Positions 38,378 through 52,543 of a stretch of DNA of 64,000 nucleotides are shown piece by piece. Each line of letters starts with the position of its first letter. The first letter of the stretch is position 1. The position numbers and the translations under genes were made by a program. Source of the DNA: an uncultured delta proteobacterium (GTDB lineage: Bacteria; Desulfobacterota; Binatia; Binatales; Binataceae); NCBI GenBank assembly GCA_963842085.1, contig CAWJET010000001.1, positions 2,912,001 to 2,976,000 on the forward strand, in the 5' to 3' direction. Below the pieces are notes generated by a model that ran no database searches, was not told where the DNA came from, and saw only the letters and a list, made by a program, of their open reading frames with translations.

Positions 38378-39159
38378 AAGCATTGGTACTTGCAGCCGGG
38401 ATTGGTGAGCGGCTTCGGCCGCTGACCGACGCGACGCCCAAGCCGATGCTCGAGCTCGGCGGCCGGCCGCTGATCCATTATCCGCTCGCGATGCTAAAGC
38501 GGGGCGGCATCACTCAGGTTGCAATCAATGTCCATCACCTGGCTTCGGTCGTTGAGCGCGGACTCGGCGACGGGTCGCAGTTGGGACTGCGCATCACCTA
38601 TGCGCCCGAACCTGTCTTGCTCGGCACCGGCGGCCCGCTCAACGGCCTGCGCGATTTTCTGGCGAGCGAGGAAAACACATTCGTAATCGCCAACAGTGAC
38701 ACGATCCTCGATCTCGATCTGTCTGCGATGCTCGCGTTCCATCGCACGCACTCCGCCCTCGCGACCATCGCGCTGTTCCACCCCTCCAATCTCGACTACT
38801 ACAGCCGCCTGGAGATCGATTCCGGCCACAGACTCTGCCGGATGCGCCTGCTGGCCCGCCGCAACCCGCTCAAATACCACGACTATCCGGCGGACCTCGA
38901 CGACACCGTCGCGCGATCGCTCTCATCCTTCATGTACTGCGGCGTGATAGTCGCGGACGTCGCGGTGTTAGACCTGATTCCGCCGAAGCCGCCGTGGAGC
39001 CTGATGTCCGGCTTGTTTGCCCCGATGGTAGCGAGCGCACGGGCGGTGTTCGGCTACGTCCATAGCGGCTACTTCCGCACGATTGACGATCTGAAGAGCT
39101 ACACTGCCCTGAAATCCGAGTTCGCCTCGTCGCCACCACCGGGAATTCTCGCGTGTTGA
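38374..39159 (+). CDS. murU: MurNAc-alpha-1-phosphate uridylyltransferase-like nucleotidyltransferase
   Basis: MKALVLAAGIGERLRPLTDATPKP, INVHHL, LGTGG, ANSD; paired with amgK. Confidence 0.8.
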   Translation: MKALVLAAGIGERLRPLTDATPKPMLELGGRPLIHYPLAMLKRGGITQVAINVHHLASVVERGLGDGSQLGLRITYAPEPVLLGTGGPLNGLRDFLASEENTFVIANSDTILDLDLSAMLAFHRTHSALATIALFHPSNLDYYSRLEIDSGHRLCRMRLLARRNPLKYHDYPADLDDTVARSLSSFMYCGVIVADVAVLDLIPPKPPWSLMSGLFAPMVASARAVFGYVHSGYFRTIDDLKSYTALKSEFASSPPPGILAC

Positions 39160-39162
39160 ACT

Positions 39163-39894
39163 TCACCAGCCGAGCGCCTCGCGTATCTCGGCGCCTGCCG
39201 CTCCGCAACTCGTGTCAACTGTGCGCGAGACTCCGAGACGCTTGATTCCGATGAGACCGCCTAGCAGAAACACCAGGTTGAGCGCGTTGATCATCCAGAA
39301 CACGATCATCGCGACCCAATACGCGGCCGCCAATCTGTCCCGCACCAGCATTGCCGCCAGATAGGCACCGAGCGGCGAACCCACCGCGCCCGACAGATGC
39401 AGCGCGATTCGCGCCCACCGCGGCTGCGCGAGGTAGCTGCCGTATTCCATCTTGAAGCGCGGCTCGCCATTCGCCAGGTACGCGTAATCGTACTCCACGC
39501 CCAAAGCGGTTCCTGTCACTACTTTGACGAGCGGCTGAAGCGCCGACACCCACACCGCCATGCCGGCGATCGCCGCGACGTTCGACGACGCGTAGGCGCC
39601 AAGCGCCAGGAGAAAGTCGCCCAGCCCGATCGCCGCTATCTCGAGCATCACTCCGGTCTGCGACTTGACGGTCTTTCGCGCGCGGCGCAGATGAAGCTTG
39701 CGGCTTACTCGCGTCACGTCCGCAGCGATCGCGCGACGATCCGCTGCCGACGCCGCGCGCGCCCGCGTCAACAGTCGCGCCCACGGACCGGCACGATATA
39801 CGCCGGTGTCAATCGCGCGCTCGATCTCGGCAATCTCGGCGCGCAACTCCCCCGCCTTCGCAACGGCGGAACTTGCCTGCGGGCTCTTCATCAC
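39163..39894 (-). CDS. Hypothetical membrane protein
   Basis: Helical N-terminus plus about four hydrophobic segments, GEPRFK motif; overlaps the menA stop. Confidence 0.65.
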   Translation of the reverse strand: MMKSPQASSAVAKAGELRAEIAEIERAIDTGVYRAGPWARLLTRARAASAADRRAIAADVTRVSRKLHLRRARKTVKSQTGVMLEIAAIGLGDFLLALGAYASSNVAAIAGMAVWVSALQPLVKVVTGTALGVEYDYAYLANGEPRFKMEYGSYLAQPRWARIALHLSGAVGSPLGAYLAAMLVRDRLAAAYWVAMIVFWMINALNLVFLLGGLIGIKRLGVSRTVDTSCGAAGAEIREALGW

Positions 39895-40823
39895 CGCCCG
39901 GCAAACGCAGCAACCAAAAACGCCGCAATCATCAACAACCCAAACTCCATGTGGAGCTGGATCGACCGAAACAACCCAAGGTTGAGTTTCTTCGGCTCAT
40001 TCTCCCGCGTCATGATCCTGATCTGATCGAGCGCCCGCGGGATCGTGATAGCCACGACCAGCGCAATCCACGGAATCGCGTGCAACACAATCGCCGTGAT
40101 CGTAGCCGCGTAAGCCGCGACATCCAGCGCGATCAATTCATAGTTCGCACCCGCGCGCCCCAGCATCGTCGCCAGCGTCCGCTTGCCGTGACGCGTGTCG
40201 CTCTCGATATCGCGGATATTGTTGGCGTGCAGAATCCCCGCCACCAGGAAGCCCAGCGGTATCGACGTCCACAGCGCCGCCCGCGAGAAATGCATCGCCA
40301 TGACGAAGTAGGAGCCCATCACGATCGCCGGGCCCATGAAGATGAACACCGTCAACTCGCCCAGCGCCACGTAGGCCAGCGACACCGGACTGGCGGTGTA
40401 AAAGTATCCGGCCGCGACGCTCGGGATTCCGATCGCCAGAATCGGCCACCCGCACAGGTAAACGAGAACCAGGCCCATCACCGCTCCGATCGCAAACGCC
40501 GCGATTCCGCCGCGCCAGACCTGCTCGGCGCTCAGCAGGCCGCGCTGAATCACCATGCTCGGCCCGAGCGATTGCTCGCTGTCCGCGCCGCTGCGGAAAT
40601 CGTAGTAGTCGTTGATCAGATTGGTGCCGGCCTGGATCGCCATCGCACCAACCAGCGCCAGAATCATCCGCCCCAGCGAGAAAAATCCCGCCCGCGCCGC
40701 AACCGCGACGCCCAGCAGCACCGGAATCGCCGCGGCGCTCAGCGACGGCGCCCGAATCGCCTGCATCCACACCGCCAACGCTCCAGGCCGCGTGCCGCCA
40801 CCGTGAGCAATAGCTTCATCCAT
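39891..40823 (-). CDS. menA: 1,4-dihydroxy-2-naphthoate polyprenyltransferase
   Basis: NLINDYYDFRSGAD and ANNIRDIESDTRHGKRTLA Asp-rich motifs, YVALGE. Confidence 0.9.
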   Translation of the reverse strand: MDEAIAHGGGTRPGALAVWMQAIRAPSLSAAAIPVLLGVAVAARAGFFSLGRMILALVGAMAIQAGTNLINDYYDFRSGADSEQSLGPSMVIQRGLLSAEQVWRGGIAAFAIGAVMGLVLVYLCGWPILAIGIPSVAAGYFYTASPVSLAYVALGELTVFIFMGPAIVMGSYFVMAMHFSRAALWTSIPLGFLVAGILHANNIRDIESDTRHGKRTLATMLGRAGANYELIALDVAAYAATITAIVLHAIPWIALVVAITIPRALDQIRIMTRENEPKKLNLGLFRSIQLHMEFGLLMIAAFLVAAFAGR

Positions 40824-41009
40824 GATGGTCCTCTACCTGTCCGTGACCGCCCTCTTCGACGAACGTTATCCTGAGCGCATCGCAGGCTCAGAACAAACCC
40901 GATTGTTCCGTGCACCAACAACAAATGGGAAGAGGTCAGGTCTGCCCGGCGTCCACCTCGCCGCCGACGCTTGCACGCCGTCGTCCTCTCTGAACATTCT
41001 CGATCCTCG

Positions 41010-41930
41010 ATGGCCAGGCAAATCGGTCCCGTCAAAGCCCGCATCGAATACACGGGCATAACCGCTGTGACCGCGGCGTTGCGCGCGATGCCATTGGAAC
41101 GTGCGGTGCGTGCGGGCGCGCGGCTGGGAGGATGGGCGATGAATTTCGATCGTCCCAACCGGCCGATCGCGCTCAAGAACCTCGAAATCGCTTTTCCCGA
41201 GATGACCCCCGCGGCCCGCCTCAGCATTCTGCGCAAGATGTATCGCAGTTGGGGCCGCGTGCTGGCCGAATGGACCCACGTGCCCGAGCTCAGCCGCGCC
41301 AATGTCGAGCGGGTCGCCACCTACGAGGGCAAGGAAAATTGGGACGAGGCGGAGCGCCGCTCCAACGGCCGCGGCATATTGGTGCTGACCGCACACTTCG
41401 GAAACTTCGAGCTCCTGCCGATTGCCCACTCCATCTACGGCTACCGCCTCGCCATCGTGCATCGCGCGCTGCGCAATCCACTCGTCGACGCCGCGATCTG
41501 CGCCGAGCGCGTCCGCTACGGCAACCGCATCATCGAGCGCAAGGCCGGCGGGCGCGAGATCATGCGGATGCTGCGGCAGAACTGGATGATCGCGGTGGCG
41601 CTCGATCTCGACGTGCGCAAGGGCGTGTTCGTCGATTTCTTCGGGATGCCCGCCTCGACCAGCGACGGCGTTGCGCGGCTGTCGATCGCCACCGGTGCGC
41701 CGGTGATGCCGGCGTTCATGGTGCGCCAAGGCGACACGATTCATCACAAGATAACGATTCTGCCCGCCTTCTACCCCGAGAAGACCCGCAACCGCGAGGC
41801 CGCCGTGCGCGAGTACACGCAGCTCTACTCCAACACGATCGAGCAAATGATCCGCGAGCATCCCGATCACTGGAACTGGATCCACCGCCGCTGGAAAACC
41901 CGCCCCTCCGGCGAAGCCCGCTTTTACTAG
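41010..41930 (+). CDS. lpxL: Lipid A late acyltransferase (LpxL/HtrB family)
   Basis: NLEIAFPE, TAHFGNFE, FVDFFG, HPDHWNWIHRRWK. Confidence 0.88.
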   Translation: MARQIGPVKARIEYTGITAVTAALRAMPLERAVRAGARLGGWAMNFDRPNRPIALKNLEIAFPEMTPAARLSILRKMYRSWGRVLAEWTHVPELSRANVERVATYEGKENWDEAERRSNGRGILVLTAHFGNFELLPIAHSIYGYRLAIVHRALRNPLVDAAICAERVRYGNRIIERKAGGREIMRMLRQNWMIAVALDLDVRKGVFVDFFGMPASTSDGVARLSIATGAPVMPAFMVRQGDTIHHKITILPAFYPEKTRNREAAVREYTQLYSNTIEQMIREHPDHWNWIHRRWKTRPSGEARFY

Positions 41931-42553
41931 ATCGTCGTACCGGGAGAACTCGTCAGTAAGGCGTGGCGCAGCAACCGGCGGACGTAGGCACGCATGTCTT
42001 TGCGATTCTTGTGACCCGGACGAATCAGCAGGTGATACATGATCGCGCCTCCGAGCATGTCCTGCAAAATTTCCGGATCGGCTGCTTGGGCCACCAGGCC
42101 TCGCGCGCGCGCTCGATCGATAGTCTTGGCGACGAGCCTGCGCCGCGGGAGCAAATAGGTGTTCCAATAAACCAACATCAGCTTCGGAGAATCCGGTAAC
42201 GAGCCGACCAGTTTTGCGACCGTCCTCAGATAGCCCCGCCTGGTAACCGTCTCGGAAAGCGCGTTGGTCAGTTCGTCCGCCATTCGCTTCGGCGAAACGC
42301 GGGCCGCCGTCAAGGTTCGCTCGGGCGCTTTCCTGGACATGTCCATCGCGTGGGCGAGCAGATCTTCCCGCGACGACCATCGACGGTAGATGGTGGTGCG
42401 CGCGACGCCGGCGCGTCGGGCAATCTGCTCGAAGCTCGCACCCTCGAGGCCGTGCTCGACAAAGAGTTCGAGCGCCGCGCGAAGCACTGCTGCATCGGCG
42501 GCCGGATCGCGCGGCCGCCCACGGCCGGCCTTCGCATGAGGTTTCGCGGTCAT
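41927..42553 (-). CDS. TetR/AcrR transcriptional regulator
   Basis: RGRPRDP...IARRAGVARTTIYRRWSSREDL. Confidence 0.92.
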   Translation of the reverse strand: MTAKPHAKAGRGRPRDPAADAAVLRAALELFVEHGLEGASFEQIARRAGVARTTIYRRWSSREDLLAHAMDMSRKAPERTLTAARVSPKRMADELTNALSETVTRRGYLRTVAKLVGSLPDSPKLMLVYWNTYLLPRRRLVAKTIDRARARGLVAQAADPEILQDMLGGAIMYHLLIRPGHKNRKDMRAYVRRLLRHALLTSSPGTTI

Positions 42554-42558
42554 ATCGC

Positions 42559-43395
42559 TCAGGCGTTGATCCGGAGCTTGCGAAACATCCTCATCCGGCG
42601 AAGGCTGATCCAATAGATCAGGCCTGGGAGCGCGCGATTAATTCGCCAGATCCATCGAACTGCCGCAGGAAAGACGATCAGAGCCTGGTTGCGGGACACG
42701 CCGCGCAGGATTTCGCGCGCGGCAGCTTCGGCGCTTATCTGGCGGATTGGAAAATGAGAACGCCGGCTTACCCGGACCACCTCATCGTGCGGCATATTCA
42801 TTACGACCATGTTCTCATAGACGCTCGTCTTCATGTCACCCGGACAAACCGCGCTCACCTTCACGCCCAGGTCAGCTCCTTCAAATCGCAGCGAGAGCGA
42901 GAGCCCGATAATCCCGTGCTTGCAGGTGCAATAGGATGCATTGCCGGGCTGCGGAGTCAGGCCGCTGGCGGAGGAAACGTTGACGATGTGCCCGTGTCCC
43001 TGTTTGACCATCACCCGATACGCGTCGATCGTCCCGTAGATGACGCCGTGCAGGTTCACCGCGAGCACGCGGTCCCACTGTTCGATCGAGACGTCGCGCG
43101 CGTCGCCGCCGATAAAGATCGCCGCGTTGTTGAAGATGTAATCGAGGTGTCCGAACTCGGAGACCGTGGTTTCAATCAGGCGCGCAACGTCCTCCTGCTT
43201 CGAAACGTCAACCGTTACCGCGCGAGCGCGTCCGCCGCCCTGCGCAATGCGGGACGTCACCTGTCCGGCGGCGTTACCGTCGATATCGGCGACCACGACG
43301 ACGGCTCCTCGGCGCGCCAGCTCCTGGCACAGGGCCTGTCCCAGGCCCATGCCGCCACCCGTGACGATCGCGACTTTGTTCTCAAACTGTTCCAT
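42559..43395 (-). CDS. Short-chain dehydrogenase/reductase
   Basis: TGGGMGLG, NNAA, NVSS, YCTCK catalytic YxxxK. Confidence 0.93.
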   Translation of the reverse strand: MEQFENKVAIVTGGGMGLGQALCQELARRGAVVVVADIDGNAAGQVTSRIAQGGGRARAVTVDVSKQEDVARLIETTVSEFGHLDYIFNNAAIFIGGDARDVSIEQWDRVLAVNLHGVIYGTIDAYRVMVKQGHGHIVNVSSASGLTPQPGNASYCTCKHGIIGLSLSLRFEGADLGVKVSAVCPGDMKTSVYENMVVMNMPHDEVVRVSRRSHFPIRQISAEAAAREILRGVSRNQALIVFPAAVRWIWRINRALPGLIYWISLRRMRMFRKLRINA

Positions 43396-43400
43396 CCTGT

Positions 43401-43428
43401 AAATACGATACAGACCTGTATCGTATTT
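43401..43428. promoter_or_regulatory. Perfect 13-bp inverted repeat, probable TetR operator over the SDR promoter
   Basis: AAATACGATACAG-ac-CTGTATCGTATTT just upstream of the SDR start; on the minus strand it fills TGGACA-17nt-TATCGT. Confidence 0.8.
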
Positions 43429-43477
43429 GTCCAGCTTCGTGCATATATCCGGCTCGAGTCAACCGCGCCCGGGCAGC

Positions 43478-44767
43478 TCAGTTCATCTGCAGATGACTTG
43501 CTAGTTCGGTGACGCGAGCCGGATCGATTATGACTATTGCGGCGGCGCCGACGGCGAACATGATCGCGAACCCAGCCATCAGGCGCAGGTAGAAGGCCGG
43601 CTGATGGCTGGTCTCGGCCACAGCCGACTTGAAGATCGCGTTCACTCCGGCCGCCAGCGTCAGCCCGATTACCGCGTCGCGCGCCGCGCTGGTGCCGGCT
43701 TGCACGAAACCAGACAGTGTCAGCGAGATCGCATCGACGTCCACCAGCCCGCTGATCGCCGACACCACCATCTGGCCGCTGTATCCCGCGTAAGCCTTGG
43801 CGACGCGGGTAACCAGCAGCACCACGGTGAAGACCACGCCGAACTCGAGTGCGGGGCGGATCGAGAACGGGTTGCGGAAGGTGGTATCTGGCACTTGGTG
43901 GCCTTTTTTCGCAGCCGCCGGCGCGAGCACCACGGCCGCGGCGAACCCCGCGATCATCATCGCGGCGAACGCGGGGCTGGCCGCGAGCGCGAGCGTCGGG
44001 CTCACCAGGACGACCAGCAGCAGCATCCGCGGGAACAGTATCGCATTGGCGATTATCGAGTAGCGGGCCGCCGAGACTGCGGACTCCGGCGCGTCGGCAA
44101 CTGCCCGCGAGATCCCGGTGGTATAGGCAGTAGTCGAGGCGATCGCGCCGACGATCGCGGTGAGCAATGCGCCGCGCTGCTCGCCGGTAAACTTGGTCAG
44201 GAAGTAGCCTAGATACGAGACTCCGGATACGAGGATTACGAACAGCCAGATCCTGCGGGGCTCGAAAAATCCAAATGGTCCGTAACGGCCGCTTGGCAGC
44301 AGCGGGTAGATGATGAAGATCAGGGCGAGAAAACTCAGCGTGTCGATGTATTCGCGATCGGAGATCGCGTCGCGCACAAAATGACGGAGCTGGTCGCGCT
44401 CGGCCAGGATCGCGGCAAGCACGATCCCCAGCCCGGCGCCGAACTGACGATCCGCGGTCAGGCAGAGACCGGCCAGCACGAAGGTCGCCAGCGCTGCCAG
44501 CTCGGTGGTGATTCCGTTGCGCTCCGGATGCTGCGCGCGCATCACGAGCACCGCGCCGATGGTGCCGGCGAACAAGGCGATGGTGATCGCCGCGCTGCCG
44601 GAGTGTCCCGCGACCGCGCCGAGCAGCGCGATTATCAGGAAATCGCGCATCCCGGGGCGCGGCGTGCCGTGCAGGACGGGTTCCCGGGTGCGGCCGACGA
44701 GGAATCCGATCGTCAGCGCGAGCAGGAATCCCACGGCGGGTGAGTTGGGGCCGGTCAGCTCGGACAT
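43478..44767 (-). CDS. MgtC/SapB family membrane protein with DUF4010 domain
   Basis: GMRDF, GITTELAAL, YPLLP, IWLFVILVSGVSYLGY, ASTTA, SGLVDVDAI. Confidence 0.85.
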   Translation of the reverse strand: MSELTGPNSPAVGFLLALTIGFLVGRTREPVLHGTPRPGMRDFLIIALLGAVAGHSGSAAITIALFAGTIGAVLVMRAQHPERNGITTELAALATFVLAGLCLTADRQFGAGLGIVLAAILAERDQLRHFVRDAISDREYIDTLSFLALIFIIYPLLPSGRYGPFGFFEPRRIWLFVILVSGVSYLGYFLTKFTGEQRGALLTAIVGAIASTTAYTTGISRAVADAPESAVSAARYSIIANAILFPRMLLLVVLVSPTLALAASPAFAAMMIAGFAAAVVLAPAAAKKGHQVPDTTFRNPFSIRPALEFGVVFTVVLLVTRVAKAYAGYSGQMVVSAISGLVDVDAISLTLSGFVQAGTSAARDAVIGLTLAAGVNAIFKSAVAETSHQPAFYLRLMAGFAIMFAVGAAAIVIIDPARVTELASHLQMN

Positions 44768-44791
44768 CGAGAGCGGAATGTTACCGGATTG

Positions 44792-49180
<4,389 letters not shown>

Positions 49181-49183
49181 GGC

Positions 49184-50209
49184 TTAGAACCGAAATGAGC
49201 CGGTCAGCCAGAGCGCATTGCCAGTCGATCGATTTTGCGCGGCGAATTCGAAGTCGTACTTGAAAGAAAAACTGATCGGTACTCTCAGGATCGGGACCGT
49301 CGCTCCGAGCAGCGGTCCCAGCCCAATCACGCGCCCTTTGAATGCGCCCAGCGTCGCACCGCTGCCTGAGTCGGGCGTCGTCTGCTGAACGGCGTAGCCG
49401 GCCACTCCGGCAATCAATCCGTGCGGCAAATGCTGCGCGAGTACGAAGTCCGCGTGAAACTCCTGGCCGCTCAGGTAATGCGTCGAAGGATTTTCAGCGT
49501 TAACGGTGTAGCCGGCGAACAACGACGCGTGCCGGCCCGTCTCTTCGTCCAGCCAGGTCACGCCGACGTCGGGCTCCACCGCCCATCGATTGAGCCCGAT
49601 GTCGATAACGCGGCGCCGGTCGTAACTGCCCGTCGGCGCATAGAACATCAGCGCACTGACCAGGTGAAACTTCGAAAAGTTCCAGTTCAACATCAACGGC
49701 GACACGATCAGATCGCCAAATCCCCCAACCGTCGAGCGCTGACTCGAGCTAGGCCCGCCAATCACCGTGGTCCGCAACGTCTGATCGGCAATTCGCGTCT
49801 GCGCCAGCGTCGCCACTCCCCAGTTTGCGCCGAAAATCCGCCACGGCGTCGTGTAGATCACAAACGTCGCGTCGGTGTAAGTGATCGTATGCGTATGCAA
49901 TCGCACCGGCGCGTTCTGCGGCTGCGCGGTAAGACTCGCGTCCTGAAATAGAAAATAATTTTTCACCAACACGCCGCCAGGCGCCGGCAACATTCCGGCA
50001 AACAGATCGACCTGCCCTGGCCGATAAGTGCCGACTCCGTACTCCGACGCGTGCAGGACGCCGGCGGCCAGCATCACCGCCACGACGACCGCGCCGCTAA
50101 TCAAGCGCAGTTGGCTCGCAGCGCTGCCACGATATGACCGTGCGCACTTCCACGACGGCATCGCGCCGCGCGCGGGCACTCCTGCCCGCATGATGGGGAA
50201 GGATCCCAC
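49184..50209 (-). CDS. COG4313/SphA (phenol_MetA_deg) family outer membrane channel (true start probably downstream)
   Basis: GFGDL..SPLMLNW, YAPTGSYD, IGLNRWAVEP, GYAVQQTTPDSG, C-terminal FRF. Confidence 0.82.
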   Translation of the reverse strand: MGSFPIMRAGVPARGAMPSWKCARSYRGSAASQLRLISGAVVVAVMLAAGVLHASEYGVGTYRPGQVDLFAGMLPAPGGVLVKNYFLFQDASLTAQPQNAPVRLHTHTITYTDATFVIYTTPWRIFGANWGVATLAQTRIADQTLRTTVIGGPSSSQRSTVGGFGDLIVSPLMLNWNFSKFHLVSALMFYAPTGSYDRRRVIDIGLNRWAVEPDVGVTWLDEETGRHASLFAGYTVNAENPSTHYLSGQEFHADFVLAQHLPHGLIAGVAGYAVQQTTPDSGSGATLGAFKGRVIGLGPLLGATVPILRVPISFSFKYDFEFAAQNRSTGNALWLTGSFRF

Positions 50210-50459
50210 ATCACTATAGTTGCAAGCGGGATGCCACGCTCTTTGCTAACTGGAAGTCACCGAATCGCTCCAATTGCCCGCGCCAGCCAAGCAAAGACGA
50301 CGGTCATCGCAACCGCGCGTCACATTGGAACAGCAGATGGCACGGTCCCTTCTTCTCTTTTGTCGTTGTCCGTATCCCAACCTCTCCTCGGACAACGACT
50401 ATGGAATGCGGTCGGTCGCTTTGGCGGGAATGCGCGGGCAGCTGAGTCTCTGCGTCCAG

Positions 50460-51272
50460 CTACGACTTCGCTTTCTTGAAGTTTGGCTTGCGCTTCTCCA
50501 GGAACGCCGCGACGTATTCCTTGTGCTCGGGGCTTACGTAGCATTTCTCGAGCGCGAATCCCTCGAACGCCATCGCGGTCTCGAGCGTGCCCTCGAGCCC
50601 CTGGTACAGCGCCCTGCGCGTGAACGCCAGCGACGTCGGCGAGCATTGCAGCATCTCGCCCGCAAGCGCGCGCGCCGCCGCGGGCAACTCGGCGAGCGGC
50701 ACGACGCGGCTCACCAGTCCCATCGCAAGGCATTCGGACGCTGCGTATTGCCTGCCCGTCAGCATCATCTCGGCGGTGCGCGAAAGCCCGATCAGCCGCG
50801 GCATCAGGTAGCTTGATCCGAGCTCGCTCATCAGGCCCACGCGCGGAAAGATGACGCCCATCTTCGCGTTGTCTGACGCGATTCGCACGTCGAACAGCAG
50901 CGGAATCGTGCATCCCACCCCGAGCGCGTAGCCATTGATGGCGGCAATCGTCGGCTTGAATAGGTTGCGCATCACCTGCGGCAGCGACGCGACCGCGCGC
51001 GCTCGACGCTCGGTCGGGGCAGGCTTGTCTTTTGCTTCGCGCGTCTTGATTTCGGCCGCGAACATCGACATGTCGGCGCCCGCGCAGAACGCGCGGTCGC
51101 CCGCGCCGGTCATGATGACGACGCGCACGCTGTCGTCGGCATCGGCGCGCAGCATCGCGTCGGTGATCTCCGCGCCCATCGTGGCCGTGTACGCGTTCAT
51201 CTTGGCGGGACGATTGAGCGTAACCGTCGCAACTTCGTCCGCCACGTCATAGAGGATCGTTTCGTATTCCAT
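50460..51272 (-). CDS. Enoyl-CoA hydratase/isomerase family protein
   Basis: TLNRPAKMNA, AFCAGADM, KPTIAAINGYALGVG. Confidence 0.92.
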   Translation of the reverse strand: MEYETILYDVADEVATVTLNRPAKMNAYTATMGAEITDAMLRADADDSVRVVIMTGAGDRAFCAGADMSMFAAEIKTREAKDKPAPTERRARAVASLPQVMRNLFKPTIAAINGYALGVGCTIPLLFDVRIASDNAKMGVIFPRVGLMSELGSSYLMPRLIGLSRTAEMMLTGRQYAASECLAMGLVSRVVPLAELPAAARALAGEMLQCSPTSLAFTRRALYQGLEGTLETAMAFEGFALEKCYVSPEHKEYVAAFLEKRKPNFKKAKS

Positions 51273-51512
51273 CGCTGACCCCAATTTTGTCATTCTGACC
51301 GAAGCGAGCAACGCGAGCGCAGTGGAAGAATCTCGGACAGCTTCGCGCCGGCCAAGCCGGTACCGGTTCCGAGTCGCTGCGTCCAGCTGCCTGTGCGTAT
51401 TCCATCCCTGACTCCAATTTTGTCATTCTGACCGAAGCGAACGACGCGAGCGCAGTGGAAGAATCTCGGACAGCTTCGCGCCAGCGAAGCCGGTACCGGT
51501 TCCGAGTCGCTG
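51263..51512 (+). repeat. Tandem duplication (period 133) containing two copies of repeat family A
   Basis: 51263-51379 and 51396-51512 are near-identical: CGTATTCCATC...CCAATTTTGTCATTCTGACCGAAGCGA...GAATCTCGGACAGCTTCGCGCC...AAGCCGGTACCGGTTCCGAGTCGCTG. Confidence 0.92.
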
Positions 51513-51518
51513 AGCTCC

Positions 51519-51626
51519 CTACCGCTTTTTCCGGCCCTTCTTGCGCGCCTCCCTGGTCTTCGCCTGCATTCTCGATTTTTTCCGTTTGCGCCGCCGCTTG
51601 ATTTCTTTTTGCCGTTCGCTTGCCAT
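51519..51626 (-). CDS. Very basic 35-aa small protein (DUF6800-like)
   Basis: MASERQKEIKRRRKRKKSRMQAKTREARKKGRKKR; SD GAGG; follows the upstream gene closely on the same strand; below the ORF-track cutoff. Confidence 0.7.
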   Translation of the reverse strand: MASERQKEIKRRRKRKKSRMQAKTREARKKGRKKR

Positions 51627-51648
51627 CTAACCTCTCTTCTTTTCTTCT

Positions 51649-52443
51649 TTAGTCCAGCGGGACCGTCCGTTCCACCTTTGCGCCCGAGTCGAGATGGATT
51701 CCAGCCGATGTCACATAGGGCTTGCCCTTGCCCGAAGTATTTTCCACATAAGCGTCGTAATCGCCCGGGTCCAGTTTGAAGCGATGCTCGCTGCCCGGCT
51801 CGCTCTCCGCGACTTTGGTCTGTGTGCCCGCGCGCAGGATCACCACGCGCGTCGAGTTGTCGATCGGAATTTTCGACATCACCGGCTGCACCACCAGCTC
51901 GGCCTTCACGACTTCGTCGAGCGTCAGCAGCGCACGATGGCCGGGGGCGAGCGCCACCGCGTGCCAGTCGTAGCCTTGCGGCGGCGCATCGACGTGCACG
52001 TCGACCTGGCTCGGCGCGAACAGGTACTTGTCGCCCGTAATGAAGCTCGCGACCTTCGCGTGCGGCGAGTCGGTCGTAGTGACGGTCACGCCGAAGCCGG
52101 GGTCATTGCCGCTCTTGTCCTTGACGCTGACCTGCATCACCGCGACGTTTGCAATCATCACGGTGTGCGTGCGCCCGGCCTCGATCTGCACGCCGTCCTT
52201 CACGATCTGCCCGCCGACGATCGGCAGCACGAGTTTGTACTCGCCCGGCGGCAAGGCCACCGACGAGCCCGCCGTAACCTGGCCGGCCTCCTTCCCGTCC
52301 GCCGCTATCACATGCGCCGGATTCTTCGCCCCCGCCCCCTCGTCCCCCATCACGTCGAGCTTTAGATTCCCGGTTTGCGCCGCGCCCACAATCGAGACGG
52401 CTGCGAGCAAGGCAGTAGCGGCAAGCAGTCGAATCGATCTCAT
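51649..52443 (-). CDS. Hypothetical secreted protein with repeated beta-sandwich modules
   Basis: Signal peptide MRSIRLLAATALLAAVSIVGAA; recurring LPPGEY/LDPGDY modules. Confidence 0.7.
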   Translation of the reverse strand: MRSIRLLAATALLAAVSIVGAAQTGNLKLDVMGDEGAGAKNPAHVIAADGKEAGQVTAGSSVALPPGEYKLVLPIVGGQIVKDGVQIEAGRTHTVMIANVAVMQVSVKDKSGNDPGFGVTVTTTDSPHAKVASFITGDKYLFAPSQVDVHVDAPPQGYDWHAVALAPGHRALLTLDEVVKAELVVQPVMSKIPIDNSTRVVILRAGTQTKVAESEPGSEHRFKLDPGDYDAYVENTSGKGKPYVTSAGIHLDSGAKVERTVPLD

Positions 52444-52543
52444 TTCTGTCCCAACTCCCCGTAAGAAGAACTTTGCATAACCTGGCTCGCAATTCTTCCC
52501 CTCCGCCGACAAGGGAGAGAATGAAGGTGAGTATCTTTCCTTG

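Noticed and set aside
51263-51512. CRISPR array or tRNA-like gene
   Set aside because: Only two 117-bp units with a 16-nt gap, no cas genes, and no cloverleaf or T-loop consensus.
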